Source: an uncultured delta proteobacterium
Lineage (GTDB): Bacteria > Desulfobacterota > Binatia > UBA9968
Assembly (NCBI GenBank): GCA_963760795.1
Contig: CAVXEP010000013.1
Location: forward strand, 96,001-160,000
Length of the DNA: 64,000 nucleotides
Direction of reading: 5' to 3'
Both the position numbers and the translations under genes were made by a program. Every line of letters begins with the position of its first letter. Within the stretch, counting starts at the first letter, position 1. Positions 55,289 through 64,000 of this stretch are shown piece after piece. The notes under the pieces are model-generated. The model worked only from the letters and a program-made list of their open reading frames with translations, ran no database searches and was not told where the DNA came from.

Positions 55289-56248
55289 TTGAAAGCCATC
55301 AAATTAACGGGTGCTGCGGTATTTACCGCGTTCGCTTGTTTCGCTTATCTGTACTTAATCGATTTACCGCCAGACTCGCTCTCGATGTACCGGTGCTGGC
55401 AACAAGCGGTAAACATTACGGCGTGCTATGGCGAGAAAAGTTTTGATTTCACCGCTGATCTTAACGGCGTCCGTTACCAAGGAAACACCGGCAACCTTAT
55501 CGACAAGAACATCTTTTACTATGGGGCTTTCGAAAAGCCGGTGTTATTTTTCCTGCGGGACATTATGACGTCGGCGTATTCTGACCAAGGTGTCTTTCTC
55601 GATATCGGCGCCAACACCGGACAACATTCCCTCTTCATGTCCCGCCATGCTAAAGAAATCCACGCATTCGAGCCATGGGAGCCTGTGTTAAAAAGACTAC
55701 GCCGGCACGTTGAAATCAATCGTCTCAAAAACGTCGTGATTCACCCGTTTGGACTAGGAGATAAAAACTCCAGGCAGCTGTTTTATCGTCCTCCGGACTC
55801 TAATCTGGGCACGGGCTCGTTCGTTAAAGAATTCGCCTCGACAAACTCACCAGAAAGCATTTTAGAAATTCGCGTCGGCGACGAGGTGCTTGAAACGGCT
55901 GGCGTCACCTCGGTGGCCCTGATCAAGATGGACATTGAGGGTTACGAAAAACTGGCTCTCAAGGGGTTAGAGCGTACTCTGCGCAGACACCGACCGATTG
56001 TCGAATTTGAACTTTCCACAGATCCTCAGAGCCCGGTTAGCGTTAAGAGCCATGGGGAGCTTCGATCTCTGTTTCCGGAGAACTACGAATTCCTGACATT
56101 CGCTGCGCAGAGCAACGCAACCACTGGAGCCTATGTCTTGGAGCCGATCGCCGGATTGCTAAGGTTTGACAAGTTCGAGCAACATGACATCGTCGCCTAC
56201 CCGATCGAAAAGAGAAATTTCATAGTGCGCCACCGGGCCACCCTCTAA
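55289..56248 (+). CDS. FkbM-family methyltransferase with N-terminal hydrophobic anchor
   Basis: FLDIGANTG, AFEP, IKMDIEGYE. Confidence 0.87.
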   Translation: MKAIKLTGAAVFTAFACFAYLYLIDLPPDSLSMYRCWQQAVNITACYGEKSFDFTADLNGVRYQGNTGNLIDKNIFYYGAFEKPVLFFLRDIMTSAYSDQGVFLDIGANTGQHSLFMSRHAKEIHAFEPWEPVLKRLRRHVEINRLKNVVIHPFGLGDKNSRQLFYRPPDSNLGTGSFVKEFASTNSPESILEIRVGDEVLETAGVTSVALIKMDIEGYEKLALKGLERTLRRHRPIVEFELSTDPQSPVSVKSHGELRSLFPENYEFLTFAAQSNATTGAYVLEPIAGLLRFDKFEQHDIVAYPIEKRNFIVRHRATL

Positions 56249-56332
56249 CCCGTCTCATCGCCGAGGCCTACTAGGGCTAAAGACCCACCGCGCAACGAAG
56301 AATTAACTTGACGAATTCTCACGCCTTGCAGT

Positions 56333-57307
56333 ATGGCTCCGGAAGTAAATAAAGCCATGCTCTTCCTCAAAAACACTCCCATCGATCGGATTCTCTCGAT
56401 GGCTGAAATGATCGACGTAATTGAGGACACCTTGAAAGAGGCCGCCTCTGGACGCGGTTTTGAGCTGCCTAGGCGGCGCATTCACCATCCCAATCGGATG
56501 ATTTTCGGCATCCTGCCCGGCTCGGTTCACGGCGCCATGGGCGCTTATATTCAAACGGACTTAGACCGCAGGATTCACCACGAAAATGTCATGATCTTCA
56601 GCGCCGAGAGCGGCGCGCCGCTGATCCTGTTTCAGGACTGCTCGATCAACGAATACCGTACCGGCGCTGCCGGCGGCCTCGGCGCGAAATATCTGGCACG
56701 CGCCGACGCCAGCCGGGTCGCGGTTTTGGGTAGCGCCGTGCATGCCGAGACCCAACTCAAGGCCGTCGCCGCCGTCAGAAAATTGACGGAAGCCTGGGTT
56801 TTCAGCCCGACGCCCGAGCGCTGCGCGGCTTTTGCCGCCAAGATGGGCCGCGAATTAGAAATTCCGCTCCACGTTGCCGAAAGCGCTGAAGAAGCGCTGA
56901 AAAGTGCCGATGTGCTGATTACAGCGACGAATTCACCGACGCCGGTCTTCGACGGCAGCAGTTTAAAGCAAGGCATGCATATTACCTCCATCGCCAACGG
57001 CGATAAGACGCGCAGGCGCCAGGAACTCGATGACCGGGTCCTGTGCCGGGCCGAGCCGATATTTGTAACCTCCAAAGAGACGGTCTGTGTTAACGAAAGC
57101 GATATTTTCCGCGCCGTGCGCGATCAAGTAATCGCCTGGGACAAGGTCCACGAAATGTCGAGCTTGTTACTCGGCCAAGTGGCGGGACGTAGCGACGATC
57201 GGCAAATCACTCTATTCAAACTGCAGGGAACCGGCATCATGGACGTCGCCATCGGGCTCAAAGCCTATGAACGGGTCAAGCATAGCGGGCTAGCGCAAAC
57301 ACTTTGA
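56333..57307 (+). CDS. Ornithine cyclodeaminase / mu-crystallin family protein
   Basis: RTGAAG, VLGSAVHA, ITLFKLQGTGIMD. Confidence 0.87.
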   Translation: MAPEVNKAMLFLKNTPIDRILSMAEMIDVIEDTLKEAASGRGFELPRRRIHHPNRMIFGILPGSVHGAMGAYIQTDLDRRIHHENVMIFSAESGAPLILFQDCSINEYRTGAAGGLGAKYLARADASRVAVLGSAVHAETQLKAVAAVRKLTEAWVFSPTPERCAAFAAKMGRELEIPLHVAESAEEALKSADVLITATNSPTPVFDGSSLKQGMHITSIANGDKTRRRQELDDRVLCRAEPIFVTSKETVCVNESDIFRAVRDQVIAWDKVHEMSSLLLGQVAGRSDDRQITLFKLQGTGIMDVAIGLKAYERVKHSGLAQTL

Positions 57308-57333
57308 CGACACGACAACGCTGAGGCAATCCA

Positions 57334-58746
57334 ATGGCACACTATGACATGCTGGTGATCGGCTCCGGCCCGGCCGGCCAGAAGGCCGCGATCCAGGCCG
57401 CCAAGGTCGGCAAAAAAGTCGCCATCGTCGAACGCAAGAAAGTTGTCGGCGGCATTTGCATCAACTCCGGCACGATCCCGAGCAAATCGCTGCGCGAAGC
57501 GGTGCTGTTCCTTTCCGGCTTCAGACAGCGCAACCTTTACGGCGCCAGCTATCGGGTCAAAAAAGATATCACTTTCGAGGACCTCGCCCAGCGCTGCGAC
57601 CATGTCGTCAAAGCCGAGCAAGAAGTGATTCAAAATCAATTGATCCGCAACTCGGTGGATTTTATCGTCGGCGCCGCATCCTTCCTCGATCCGCACCGAA
57701 TACAGATCAAACACGATTGCGAAACCAACGAACACACGGCGGACTACGTGGTCATCGGTGTCGGCACCGAGCCGGCGCGCCCCGCGGATATTCCCTTCGA
57801 CGACGATTCGATCATCGACAGCGATGGCCTGTTATCGTTGAAACGGCTGCCAAAGTCCTTAACCATCGTCGGCGCCGGTGTGATCGGCTGCGAGTATGCC
57901 TGCATCCTGGCAACTCTGGGGATTCCCGTTGTGTTAGTCGAGAAACGGCCACGCCTGCTCGAATTCGTCGATAGCGAGATTATCGAATCGTTGCAATATC
58001 AAATGCGCAACATCGGCATCACACTGCGGCTCAATGAAGAAGTCATTGGCGTGAGCAAGGGGGCCGACAACGTCATCGTGCTGCAACTGAAGAGCGGCAA
58101 ACAGATCCGCTCGCCCCTGCTGGTCTATTCAGCGGGACGCATCGGCGCCACCAAGAACCTCGGGCTGGAAAAGCTCGGCGTGGAAGCTGACGAGCGCGGC
58201 CGCTTGAAAGTCAACGAGAACTTTCAGACAACCCTGAGTCATATCTATGCGGTCGGCGACGTCGTTGGCTTTCCGGCCTTGGCGTCAACCTCGATGCAGC
58301 AAGGCCGCCACGCCGCCTGCCACGCTTTCAGCCTCGGCTGCGACACTTCGACCCACTTGCTGCCCTACGGCATCTACGCAATTCCAGAAATCTCCATGGT
58401 CGGCCGCAACGAAGAGGAACTCACCCGTGACGGCGTGCCCTATGAGATCGGCGTCGCCCGCTACCGCGAGATCGCCCGCGGCCAGATCATCGGCGACACC
58501 GTCGGCATGCTCAAGCTGCTGTTTCACACCGAAACTAGGGAATTGCTCGGCGTCCATGTGATCGGCGAGGGTGCAACCGAGTTGATCCACATCGGCCAGG
58601 CTGTCATGGCTTTTGGCGGCAAGCTCGACTACTTCATCGACACGGTTTTCAATTATCCGACACTTGCGGAATGTTACAAAGTCGCCGCGCTAGCGGCGCT
58701 GAATAAGTTCCCTGCCAGTGCGGTGTGCAACGTGGTACCGAACTGA
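57334..58746 (+). CDS. sthA: Soluble pyridine nucleotide transhydrogenase
   Basis: GSGPAG, CINSGTIPSKSLRE (no second Cys), FNYPTLAECYKVAA. Confidence 0.92.
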   Translation: MAHYDMLVIGSGPAGQKAAIQAAKVGKKVAIVERKKVVGGICINSGTIPSKSLREAVLFLSGFRQRNLYGASYRVKKDITFEDLAQRCDHVVKAEQEVIQNQLIRNSVDFIVGAASFLDPHRIQIKHDCETNEHTADYVVIGVGTEPARPADIPFDDDSIIDSDGLLSLKRLPKSLTIVGAGVIGCEYACILATLGIPVVLVEKRPRLLEFVDSEIIESLQYQMRNIGITLRLNEEVIGVSKGADNVIVLQLKSGKQIRSPLLVYSAGRIGATKNLGLEKLGVEADERGRLKVNENFQTTLSHIYAVGDVVGFPALASTSMQQGRHAACHAFSLGCDTSTHLLPYGIYAIPEISMVGRNEEELTRDGVPYEIGVARYREIARGQIIGDTVGMLKLLFHTETRELLGVHVIGEGATELIHIGQAVMAFGGKLDYFIDTVFNYPTLAECYKVAALAALNKFPASAVCNVVPN

Positions 58747-58778
58747 GGGGTCGCTCGCCAAATTCAAAAACTCTCGCG

Positions 58779-59177
58779 TCAACCCATCGTCGAGATTTTC
58801 TTCGGACGAATCTTATAAATCACCCGCACTTCGCCGGCAGCGCGAAACGGGTAGCTGTCTTTGCCCAGATAATGTTTCGCCAAGGCATCGATATGCGCAT
58901 CGGCGCCACTTTCTGTAATCTCCTCGACCTCGCCTTGAATCGCCAGATAACGGTAAGCGTTATCGGGATCCTGGATCGACAGGGCGACCTGGTTATTGCG
59001 CCGCATGTTCTTGTCCTTGAGCCGGCCCTTCGCCGAGTTGACCCAGATTTGCGTGCCGTCGTAGCTGTACCACACCGGCGTTACCTGCGGGCTGCCGTCC
59101 GCCATCACGGTACCAAGATGAGCGAAAGTGATTTTGCTAAAAAGGTCTTTGAAAGACTCGGGGATCGTCGCGGCCAT
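58779..59177 (-). CDS. PPOX-class split-barrel oxidoreductase (putatively F420-dependent)
   Basis: DGSPQVTPVW, KDKNMRRN, HIDALAKHYLG. Confidence 0.85.
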   Translation of the reverse strand: MAATIPESFKDLFSKITFAHLGTVMADGSPQVTPVWYSYDGTQIWVNSAKGRLKDKNMRRNNQVALSIQDPDNAYRYLAIQGEVEEITESGADAHIDALAKHYLGKDSYPFRAAGEVRVIYKIRPKKISTMG

Positions 59178-59209
59178 GACCTACCTCCAGCTTCGGTTTA
59201 TAAAGAAAT

Positions 59210-59857
59210 TCAGCAAAAATAATCGGACAAAGCAACCAGACTGTCGACGGTGACATCAGGACGCGCCGCGCGCAGCGCGTCTTTGTCGCCCAAGCCATAG
59301 GTCACGCCGCAGGTGATCACGCCGGCGCGCTTGCCGGCTTCGATATCGGTATCGCCGTCGCCGACGATCAGCGCGTTGGCGGGATCAATGTGAAACTGCT
59401 CTAAGACCGACTGCAACATCGCCGGATGAGGTTTTTTCTCGGCGACGCTATCGCCGCCTAAGATCGCGTCGAACTCGGCTGCCACGCCTAACCCTTGCAC
59501 CACGGCAACCGTGAGCCGGTGCATTTTATTGCTCACCACGGCGCGCCGCGTGCCGCGAAAGTAGCGTAAAACTTCCGCCACTCCGGGATAGAGCACGGTG
59601 CGATCGAGCAGGTGATTTTCATACCGTTCGAGAAACACCCGCATGATTGTGCGAAAGTTCGCCTCCCCCGCTTCGGGTAAGGACTGCTTGAGCAAATGCT
59701 CCACGCCGCGGCCGACGTTGGCGTACACCGCCGGCGCCGGCAACGGCGGCAGGTTGAAGTGCTCACGCGTAAAATTAACCGAGTCGGCCAGGTCATGGCC
59801 GGTATCGGCCAGGGTACCGTCGAGATCGAACATCACCAGTTCTACAGATTTTTTCAT
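59210..59857 (-). CDS. HAD hydrolase, phosphoglycolate phosphatase-like
   Basis: FDLDGTL, SNK, KKPHP, VGDGDTD. Confidence 0.88.
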   Translation of the reverse strand: MKKSVELVMFDLDGTLADTGHDLADSVNFTREHFNLPPLPAPAVYANVGRGVEHLLKQSLPEAGEANFRTIMRVFLERYENHLLDRTVLYPGVAEVLRYFRGTRRAVVSNKMHRLTVAVVQGLGVAAEFDAILGGDSVAEKKPHPAMLQSVLEQFHIDPANALIVGDGDTDIEAGKRAGVITCGVTYGLGDKDALRAARPDVTVDSLVALSDYFC

Positions 59858-59979
59858 TGGCGAGTCAGCAAAATAGACTTCCATGCCAGCCCTGTCAAAC
59901 CAGCTTTTCCCGCAGCGCTTGAAGTGCTATTCGTAGTTGGCACGGAATCCACACGCCAAACCGCTCGGGAGGTATTCGC

Positions 59980-60975
59980 ATGGCTCTGATTCGCTGCGCT
60001 AAAGCGCTCGCCTCGTTGGCGCTGTTTTTACTGGTTACGCCGAATTTCGCCGCCGCCCAAAAGCTCAACACCGCGTATATCTCGACCACGCCGGGAACTT
60101 CGACGGTGATCCAGGTGGCCAAGGAAGCGCGCCTGTTCGACAAGCATGGCATCGACGCCACGGTGATTTTTATTTCCGGCAGTGTGCGCGGTATTCAGTC
60201 GATTCTCGCCGGCGAAATTCCCATCGGCGAAGGCGGCGGCCCCGGTCTGGCCAGCGCGCGGCTCGCCGGCGGCGACGTCGTCGCCATCGCCGGCAATGTC
60301 AACGTGTTGCCCTACTATTTAGTTTCCCACCCGAGCATCAAACGGCATGAAGATTTGAAAGGTAAGATCGGCGGCACTCATATCGCCGGCACCACCGCCG
60401 AGTTCGCCTTGAAAGTGGGGCTGAAACGCATCGGGCTCGACCCGCTCAAAGATGTCAGCTTGCGCGTCATCGGCGGCGCCATCGAGCGCATGGTGGCGCT
60501 GCAAAAAGGCATCGTCCAGTTCACCGTGGTTACCGAAGCCGGCAAATCTCAGGCGGAGAGACTCGGCTATCCGACGGTGGTCGACATGGTCACCCTGCAA
60601 ATCCCCTTTCCGCAGAACGGCATTTACACTTCGACCAAATTGATCCGCGAAAACCCCGACCTGGTGCGCCGCTACATGCGCGCCTACGTCGAGGCGCTAC
60701 ACTTCTATAAAACCCAGAAGGAAGACACGTTGAGGTTCATGCGCAAATACTCTCGCATCGATGACCGCCGCATGCTCGATGAAGCGTGGGATTGGCACGC
60801 CAAGTTCATGCCCGAAGCGCCCTATCCGCCCGCCGACGGCTATCAACTGGTGCTGCAAGATTTAGCCGAGAAGAATCCCAAAGCCGCTCAGGCCAACGTG
60901 AAAGATTACATCGACACGCGATTTGTGAAGGAACTGGAAGACTCGGGGTTTATTAAAGGGCTATATCGGAAATAA
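59980..60975 (+). CDS. NMT1/SsuA-like ABC substrate-binding protein
   Basis: Signal peptide, DLKGKIGG, GLDPLKDV, ELEDSGFI. Confidence 0.87.
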   Translation: MALIRCAKALASLALFLLVTPNFAAAQKLNTAYISTTPGTSTVIQVAKEARLFDKHGIDATVIFISGSVRGIQSILAGEIPIGEGGGPGLASARLAGGDVVAIAGNVNVLPYYLVSHPSIKRHEDLKGKIGGTHIAGTTAEFALKVGLKRIGLDPLKDVSLRVIGGAIERMVALQKGIVQFTVVTEAGKSQAERLGYPTVVDMVTLQIPFPQNGIYTSTKLIRENPDLVRRYMRAYVEALHFYKTQKEDTLRFMRKYSRIDDRRMLDEAWDWHAKFMPEAPYPPADGYQLVLQDLAEKNPKAAQANVKDYIDTRFVKELEDSGFIKGLYRK

Positions 60976-60976
60976 C

Positions 60977-61063
60977 CGTTCCAAAGGTTCCAATCGTTCC
61001 AAAAGTTCCAGTTGGGAGCGAAAGCGCTTGGAACATCTGGAACCACTGGAACCCTTGGAACCG
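60977..61063. repeat. Palindrome of 9-nt units (gttccaNNN ... tggaacNNN) between convergent genes
   Basis: gttccaaag gttccaatc gttccaaaa gttccag ... tggaacatc tggaaccac tggaaccct tggaac. Confidence 0.85.
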
Positions 61064-61065
61064 TT

Positions 61066-61521
61066 TTAGAGCTTCGCCCGCGAAGCTTCTAAAACTTGAT
61101 GCATCGGCTCGATATCGATGACTAATGCCGAGAGCTGTAATTTCTCATCGCGCAGTGCTTCCGGTACCTGGCCCATCACGTCCGCTTCGAGCACATGATA
61201 AACGGGGATCTTGAGCGCCACGCCGGCTAGCGGCCCGGCAAAACTCGGATCGCCCTCGGTTACCGTCTCGGCAAATACTTCGACGCCGTTAGCCTCGCCG
61301 TTGCCCAACACCACCGTCAAATTTTCCGGACCATACTGGTCCGCCAGGCGCTTGATGACTCCTTGGTTTTCGAAGTTCATCGCGCCCGCGGCGGTTCAAA
61401 CAAAGCACTCAGTAGCCTGAAAAACTACCTCGTAGCCCGCGCCTTCGAGACACTCGGCGATGACCGGGCCGGTGACACCATCCCGTTCGCCGATGGCGAT
61501 GATTTTTTTACCCTTTTGCAT
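61066..61521 (-). CDS. grdA: Glycine/sarcosine/betaine reductase selenoprotein A (151 aa, Sec at UGA 61398-61396)
   Basis: ORFs 61396..61635 and 61066..61380 are one frame: [15 protein letters not shown]...[20 protein letters not shown]...[20 protein letters not shown]; GGAGG SD before ATG 61521. Confidence 0.92.
61341..61394 (-). promoter_or_regulatory. Putative bacterial SECIS hairpin
   Basis: Directly 3' of UGA: CCGCC/GGCGG, GGCGC/GCGCC, GATG/CATC and ACTTC/GGAGT pairings closing loop GAAAACCAA, which starts 25 nt after UGA. Confidence 0.7.
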
Positions 61522-61595
61522 GAAACCTCCACTAAACTCCCCTCGGCTCGAAACTGAGGGATCTTGTTGTATCGACTCGAAGTCGACTTGCTCTT

Positions 61596-61687
61596 TTCCG
61601 TCTTTCCCGCGAACGCGGGAATCCAGGTTTTGCATTTTTCCCCATCCGACGCCATCCTGGATGCCGGCCTACGCCGGCATGACGGAA
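61596..61687. repeat. REP-like element of two inverted palindromic arms
   Basis: ttccgtctttcccgcgaacgcgggaatccagg ... cctggatgccggcctacgccggcatgacggaa. Confidence 0.8.
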
Positions 61688-61736
61688 CTTCTCTTCGCCT
61701 GCAGGCACGGGATTTCAACCACCCCCGAAAGGGACA

Positions 61737-63163
61737 TTAAGCTTCATTCCGATCTACCAGAAACGAGCAGCCATCCGACAGCTGCGTCATGCGGCCGAGA
61801 AACAAACTACCTTTGGCCATAAGCAGCGCGTTGCGAATCGCGCCGCTCTCAAGCGCCGCCTTGGCGTGACCCAAGTAAACAATTGCCGACGGAATATGTC
61901 CCTGGGTCGGCGCGTAGCCTAGCATGCCGCGGCTGCGGACGAAATCTTCCATCTGGTTCTTCTGAATTTGCCCGCGCATCACCGCCAAAGCGGCGAGGGT
62001 CAGATAATTCGTCCGCGGCACATCGCCGCTGCCCGACGGCACGGTGATCTCCGGATTATGCAGCTCGACGCCGTAGCGGTCGACATCGGTCAATTTCATG
62101 CCAAGTTTCGCCAACGGCTTCTCGGCCAGCTCCTCTGCCATCGCCTGGGACGAGCCGCCGGCGCGCACCGGATGAAACGCCGCGGAGTCGAGGCGCATGC
62201 AGACCTGCCCCGGTTTCGCCGCGCTGAGAATCGCCGCGAAGCTGCCCAGCATGTCTTCGAGCACCGGCATATTTTTTTTCAAATGGGACTCGAACTTCAT
62301 GCCGAGCTTGGCCAACGACCCGCCGGCCACCACGGCGACCCGTTTCGCCACGCCGGCTTGAATCATGCTCGCGCCCTGCACCATGGCATACATCGGCCCG
62401 GCGCAGAACGCTTTGACATCGCAGCCCGAGGCGTTACCGCAGCCGACGTCCTCGGCGATCGCCTTAGCGAGATTGCCGCCGCCGCGATTGTAACGGTCGC
62501 CCACCGCTTCTTCCGAACAGCTAATAACGAAATCGACGTCATCGGGCTTGAGCGCAAGCTGCGCTAACACCAGGCGTAACGCGTGGGCCGCGGAAACCTT
62601 CCCGGACAAATTCTCCAGCAAGACTTCGGCGGCCAGACTGGCGTCTTCTTCATGGGCCGCCTCGAAAGCGCCGACCAGCTGAGAACCCGAATGAAGCGGC
62701 AGCGCGCCTTTGTCGCAGAGATTTTGAATTTCACTCAGCGGCTTGAAGCGCGGCGCGCGGCCGATCGAATGTTTCGCCGCGTGGGCTTGAAACCAAGTCT
62801 CTTCGAAGGAAATCAAATCGAAGCGATCCGCGCCGGCGAGCAAAGCGTAAAACTTGCTCTGATCGACCAGATCACCGAAGCGCCCCTGCGCCGTCGCCCC
62901 TTCGATCAGTTTCTCAAACCACGGCTGCGGCAGATCGCGCAGTTTTTCCGGGCCGATGTTGCCAATGTAGACTTGATGCGGCGCATAGGCCGTCGCCGCG
63001 GGAAAATCACGCAGAAGCCGAGCCAATTCACCGGCGAGCGCCGGATTGCCACGCAACTCGCGTATCGGCTTCGAACCGAAGCGCACCAAATCCGGCACAT
63101 GGGCCAAGCGAATAGGAAACGCCTTCGATACCGACGCGATTTGGTTTTGTAAATGTCCGCCAT
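61737..63163 (-). CDS. grdC: Glycine/betaine reductase component C subunit beta (FabH-like fold), indel in N-terminus
   Basis: YAPHQVYIGN, CSEEAVGDRYNRGGGNLAKAIAE, FCAGP, AKLGM, ELHNPEIT, APTQGHIPS, KGSLFLGRMTQLSDG. Confidence 0.9.
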
Positions 63164-63167
63164 TCGA

Positions 63168-63466
63168 TTAATCCAAAATGGTATGGCTTTTATTACTTGG
63201 CCCTAAGAGGAAACCTTCCGGGTGATCGATGATTTCTTCGCTTAGATCCACATCGAGATCGGGCCAATAAAAATGTCCAGCCATCGACCCTTCGACATTC
63301 AGAATTTTCCCCACAGGAACATCTTTAAGGCGAGCGAAACATCGTGTCATACGTGCATGAACAACTCGCGGTCGCCAGCCAACAGCCAAACGCCATGACT
63401 TGAAACATGCGGTGCAACTTCAATCGGGGAGCCGAGTGTACTGTCCCGAAGCGGGCTGACGCTCAT
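63168..63466 (-). pseudogene. DUF2442-like protein, disrupted
   Basis: SSHGVWLLAGDRELFM and KILNVE...HFYWPDLDVDL lie in different frames. Confidence 0.65.
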
Positions 63467-63542
63467 TACGTATCTATCTCTCAGATGAATTGTGCTCTCA
63501 ATCCAAAATCTTAGTTTTGCCTTTAAAATTTTTACTTTTGCC

Positions 63543-64000
63543 TTATCTTATGACCCTATCCGCTCGCGCCAGCACATTCGGGGGAACCGTCACGCCGATC
63601 TGCTTGGCGGCTTGCAGATTGACGACGAACTCAAACTTCGTCGGCTGCTCGACTGGAATGTCGGCGGGCTTTGTGCCTTTCAAGATCTTGTCGACAAAGT
63701 CAGCGGCGCGCCGGAATAAGTCCGCGATGTTCGGCGCGTAGCTCATCAAGCCGCCGGCCTCAACAAACTCACTGTATGGGTACATCGCCGGCAACCGGTT
63801 CTTGGCCGCAAAGTCCAACACTTGGCGTTGCTGAGTATTGATAAGTGCACTTGGGAACGTAATGAGCGCCTGGGCGCCGTCCCGTTTCGCTCGCGCGAAT
63901 GCGCCCTCAAAATCTTCAAGGACTCGCACCTCAAGCGATTGAAGTTTGAGTCCCAACGCCTTGGCCGCAGCCTCCATCTCTGTGAGAGCCAGGTTTCCCC
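63543..64000 (-). CDS. ABC_sub_bind-type substrate-binding protein (5'-truncated by window edge)
   Basis: RLPAMY, GGLMSY, VDKILKG, PVEQPTKFEFVVN, LARADRVI. Confidence 0.9.
   Translation of the reverse strand, partial: GNLALTEMEAAAKALGLKLQSLEVRVLEDFEGAFARAKRDGAQALITFPSALINTQQRQVLDFAAKNRLPAMYPYSEFVEAGGLMSYAPNIADLFRRAADFVDKILKGTKPADIPVEQPTKFEFVVNLQAAKQIGVTVPPNVLARADRVIR

Noticed and set aside
60977-61063. Possible CRISPR array (also 14572-14636 and the cacgaag repeats)
   Set aside because: Units are 7-9 nt with no unique 25-45 nt spacers, and no cas genes are present
63490-63741. Short plus-strand ORFs at the window end
   Set aside because: Antisense shadows of the ABC_sub_bind gene

Overview
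GC-rich bacterial chromosomal window. The gene content (very many orphan solute-binding proteins, aromatic catabolism genes, a deltaproteobacterial-type rplU-rpmA-obgE-proB-proA-nadD-rsfS-gpmI-comF run) suggests a Binatia/Binatota-like soil organism; this is inference. Many genes, including metH and proA, carry 1-nt indels, most simply read as long-read consensus errors. Contents: an Fe3+/PgtC-type ABC operon; ArsR-methyltransferase plus metH; a housekeeping block; a MarR gene with a clear operator; a LemA/3xTPM/degenerate-nucleotidyltransferase locus; an acyl-CoA ligase with ABC genes; an aromatic catabolic neighbourhood (atypical LigB, GDT1, LigA, Rieske oxygenase, UbiD, bi-cupin, secreted M20 hydrolase); mltD-like, gltA, sixA; a polar amino-acid ABC operon; sthA; and grdC-grdA. 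Main results not shown by the ORF track: (1) a GrdA selenoprotein (C-F-V-U) split at an in-frame UGA and followed by a SECIS-like hairpin, in a two-gene grdC-grdA unit; (2) a stop-interrupted small GIY-YIG nuclease gene bracketed by palindromic inverted repeats, with a similar gene-less element between grdC and grdA; (3) several families of intergenic palindromes made of 7-, 8- or 9-nt tandem units; (4) a LigB-fold protein with an apparently rearranged metal site. No rRNA, tRNA or CRISPR array was recognised.
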